Below, in pieces: positions 63,103 through 64,000 of a stretch of 64,000 bases of DNA. The first letter of the stretch is position 1. Every line of letters begins with the position of its first letter. The stretch comes from Haliotis rufescens (taxonomy: Eukaryota). The notes under the pieces were generated by a model that saw only the letters and a list, made by a program, of their open reading frames with translations, was not told the origin of the DNA and made no database searches. A program made the translations under genes and the position numbers. The stretch lies in contig NW_025964372.1 in NCBI RefSeq assembly GCF_023055435.1, forward strand, positions 12,772,001-12,836,000, read 5' to 3'.

Positions 63103-64000
63103 AGAAAGGACATTAGAACTTCCCAATCCGTAGCGACGTGCCAACTGGTGAAGTCGATATATATATAATTATATATATGTATTCATAATGTTCATTTAAA
63201 TACGCCCTAGCTTCATGGCCTCCAAAGCTGACAGTTTTAGTGTCAGCAGACATCTGTAGCTGATGCAGTATGCACACAAGTCCCCGTGCTTGGCGTAGCG
63301 CCAGTTTGCAGATGACACTCGTTGACATGAATGTGATTGCTGCCAATAGCTTGCATGCTGTAGAAACCCTTGAGTGTAATAATACCTCAGATCGAGCAAT
63401 TGAATGAATCATATAATTGTCAATACCGTTTGCAGATATAAGTAATTAATCACACTGCCTATACGGCCTTTTCGTTAGTTTCTATGGGTATAGATGTGAG
63501 ACCGAACAAAAGCTGATCAGTGGCAGATAAGCCACGGTATGATCCTCGCCGTCACCATACGTATATTCCCTAATCCATTAGCTGCAAAGGTTATGGCAAT
63601 TAACACCAAACTACCACCAGTGCACTTGATTGACGAGCGAGCTAGGGGGAGGTGGGGGAAAGTCCTGCCTCGGAGATTGTCCCGGGGGCCAGGTTACATA
63701 TCAGCTGGGAAACAACCAACTCAGTCAGGCGCATAACTAACCGCATCCAAGCTACATTAAGCTACAAAACACTCCGGCAATACCGTCTGCGAATGGGTTG
63801 TATTTATTTGACCTATCCTCTTCGAAAACACCACTAGGGTGTTTGGTATTCAGACTTTTATTTAAAGCTTCGTCTGTGCACATAAATAATTAACCAAGCA
63901 GATAAACCGTGCCAGTATTGCTGTTATCGTGGGAATAGGAGAGGCAGATTAAGCAATATAAACCACTGACCTATACGAGCAGCCCGAGATCTCCAGATAA

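Overview
Eukaryotic, repeat-rich, apparently non-genic DNA. It is probably molluscan: the short retroposon families resemble gastropod (abalone-type) repeats I recall, which is inference, not a search result. About 45% of the window is tandem repeat, in roughly 16 mini/satellite arrays with units of 14-61 bp; the largest is a 9.3 kb 25-bp satellite. Only two protein-coding relics are supportable: a frameshifted, 3'-truncated mariner (DD34D) transposase (6457-7573, -) and a 5'-truncated non-LTR retrotransposon RT ORF with one nonsense mutation (44944-47312, +) inserted into a CATACATACACG minisatellite. At least four short retroposon families with related 3' tails are present. Nearly all other listed ORFs are translations of tandem repeats. 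Best leads: (1) a short retroposon with no tRNA head whose 5' end folds into a pseudoknot plus hairpin, where two independent copies break at the same nucleotide (candidate ribozyme or RT strong-stop); (2) a LINE integrated with no TSD through tail-target microhomology, whose empty site can be rebuilt from a sister repeat unit; (3) minisatellites that seem to be seeded by SINE sequence. No host exons, CRISPR arrays or genuine tRNA/rRNA genes were recognised.
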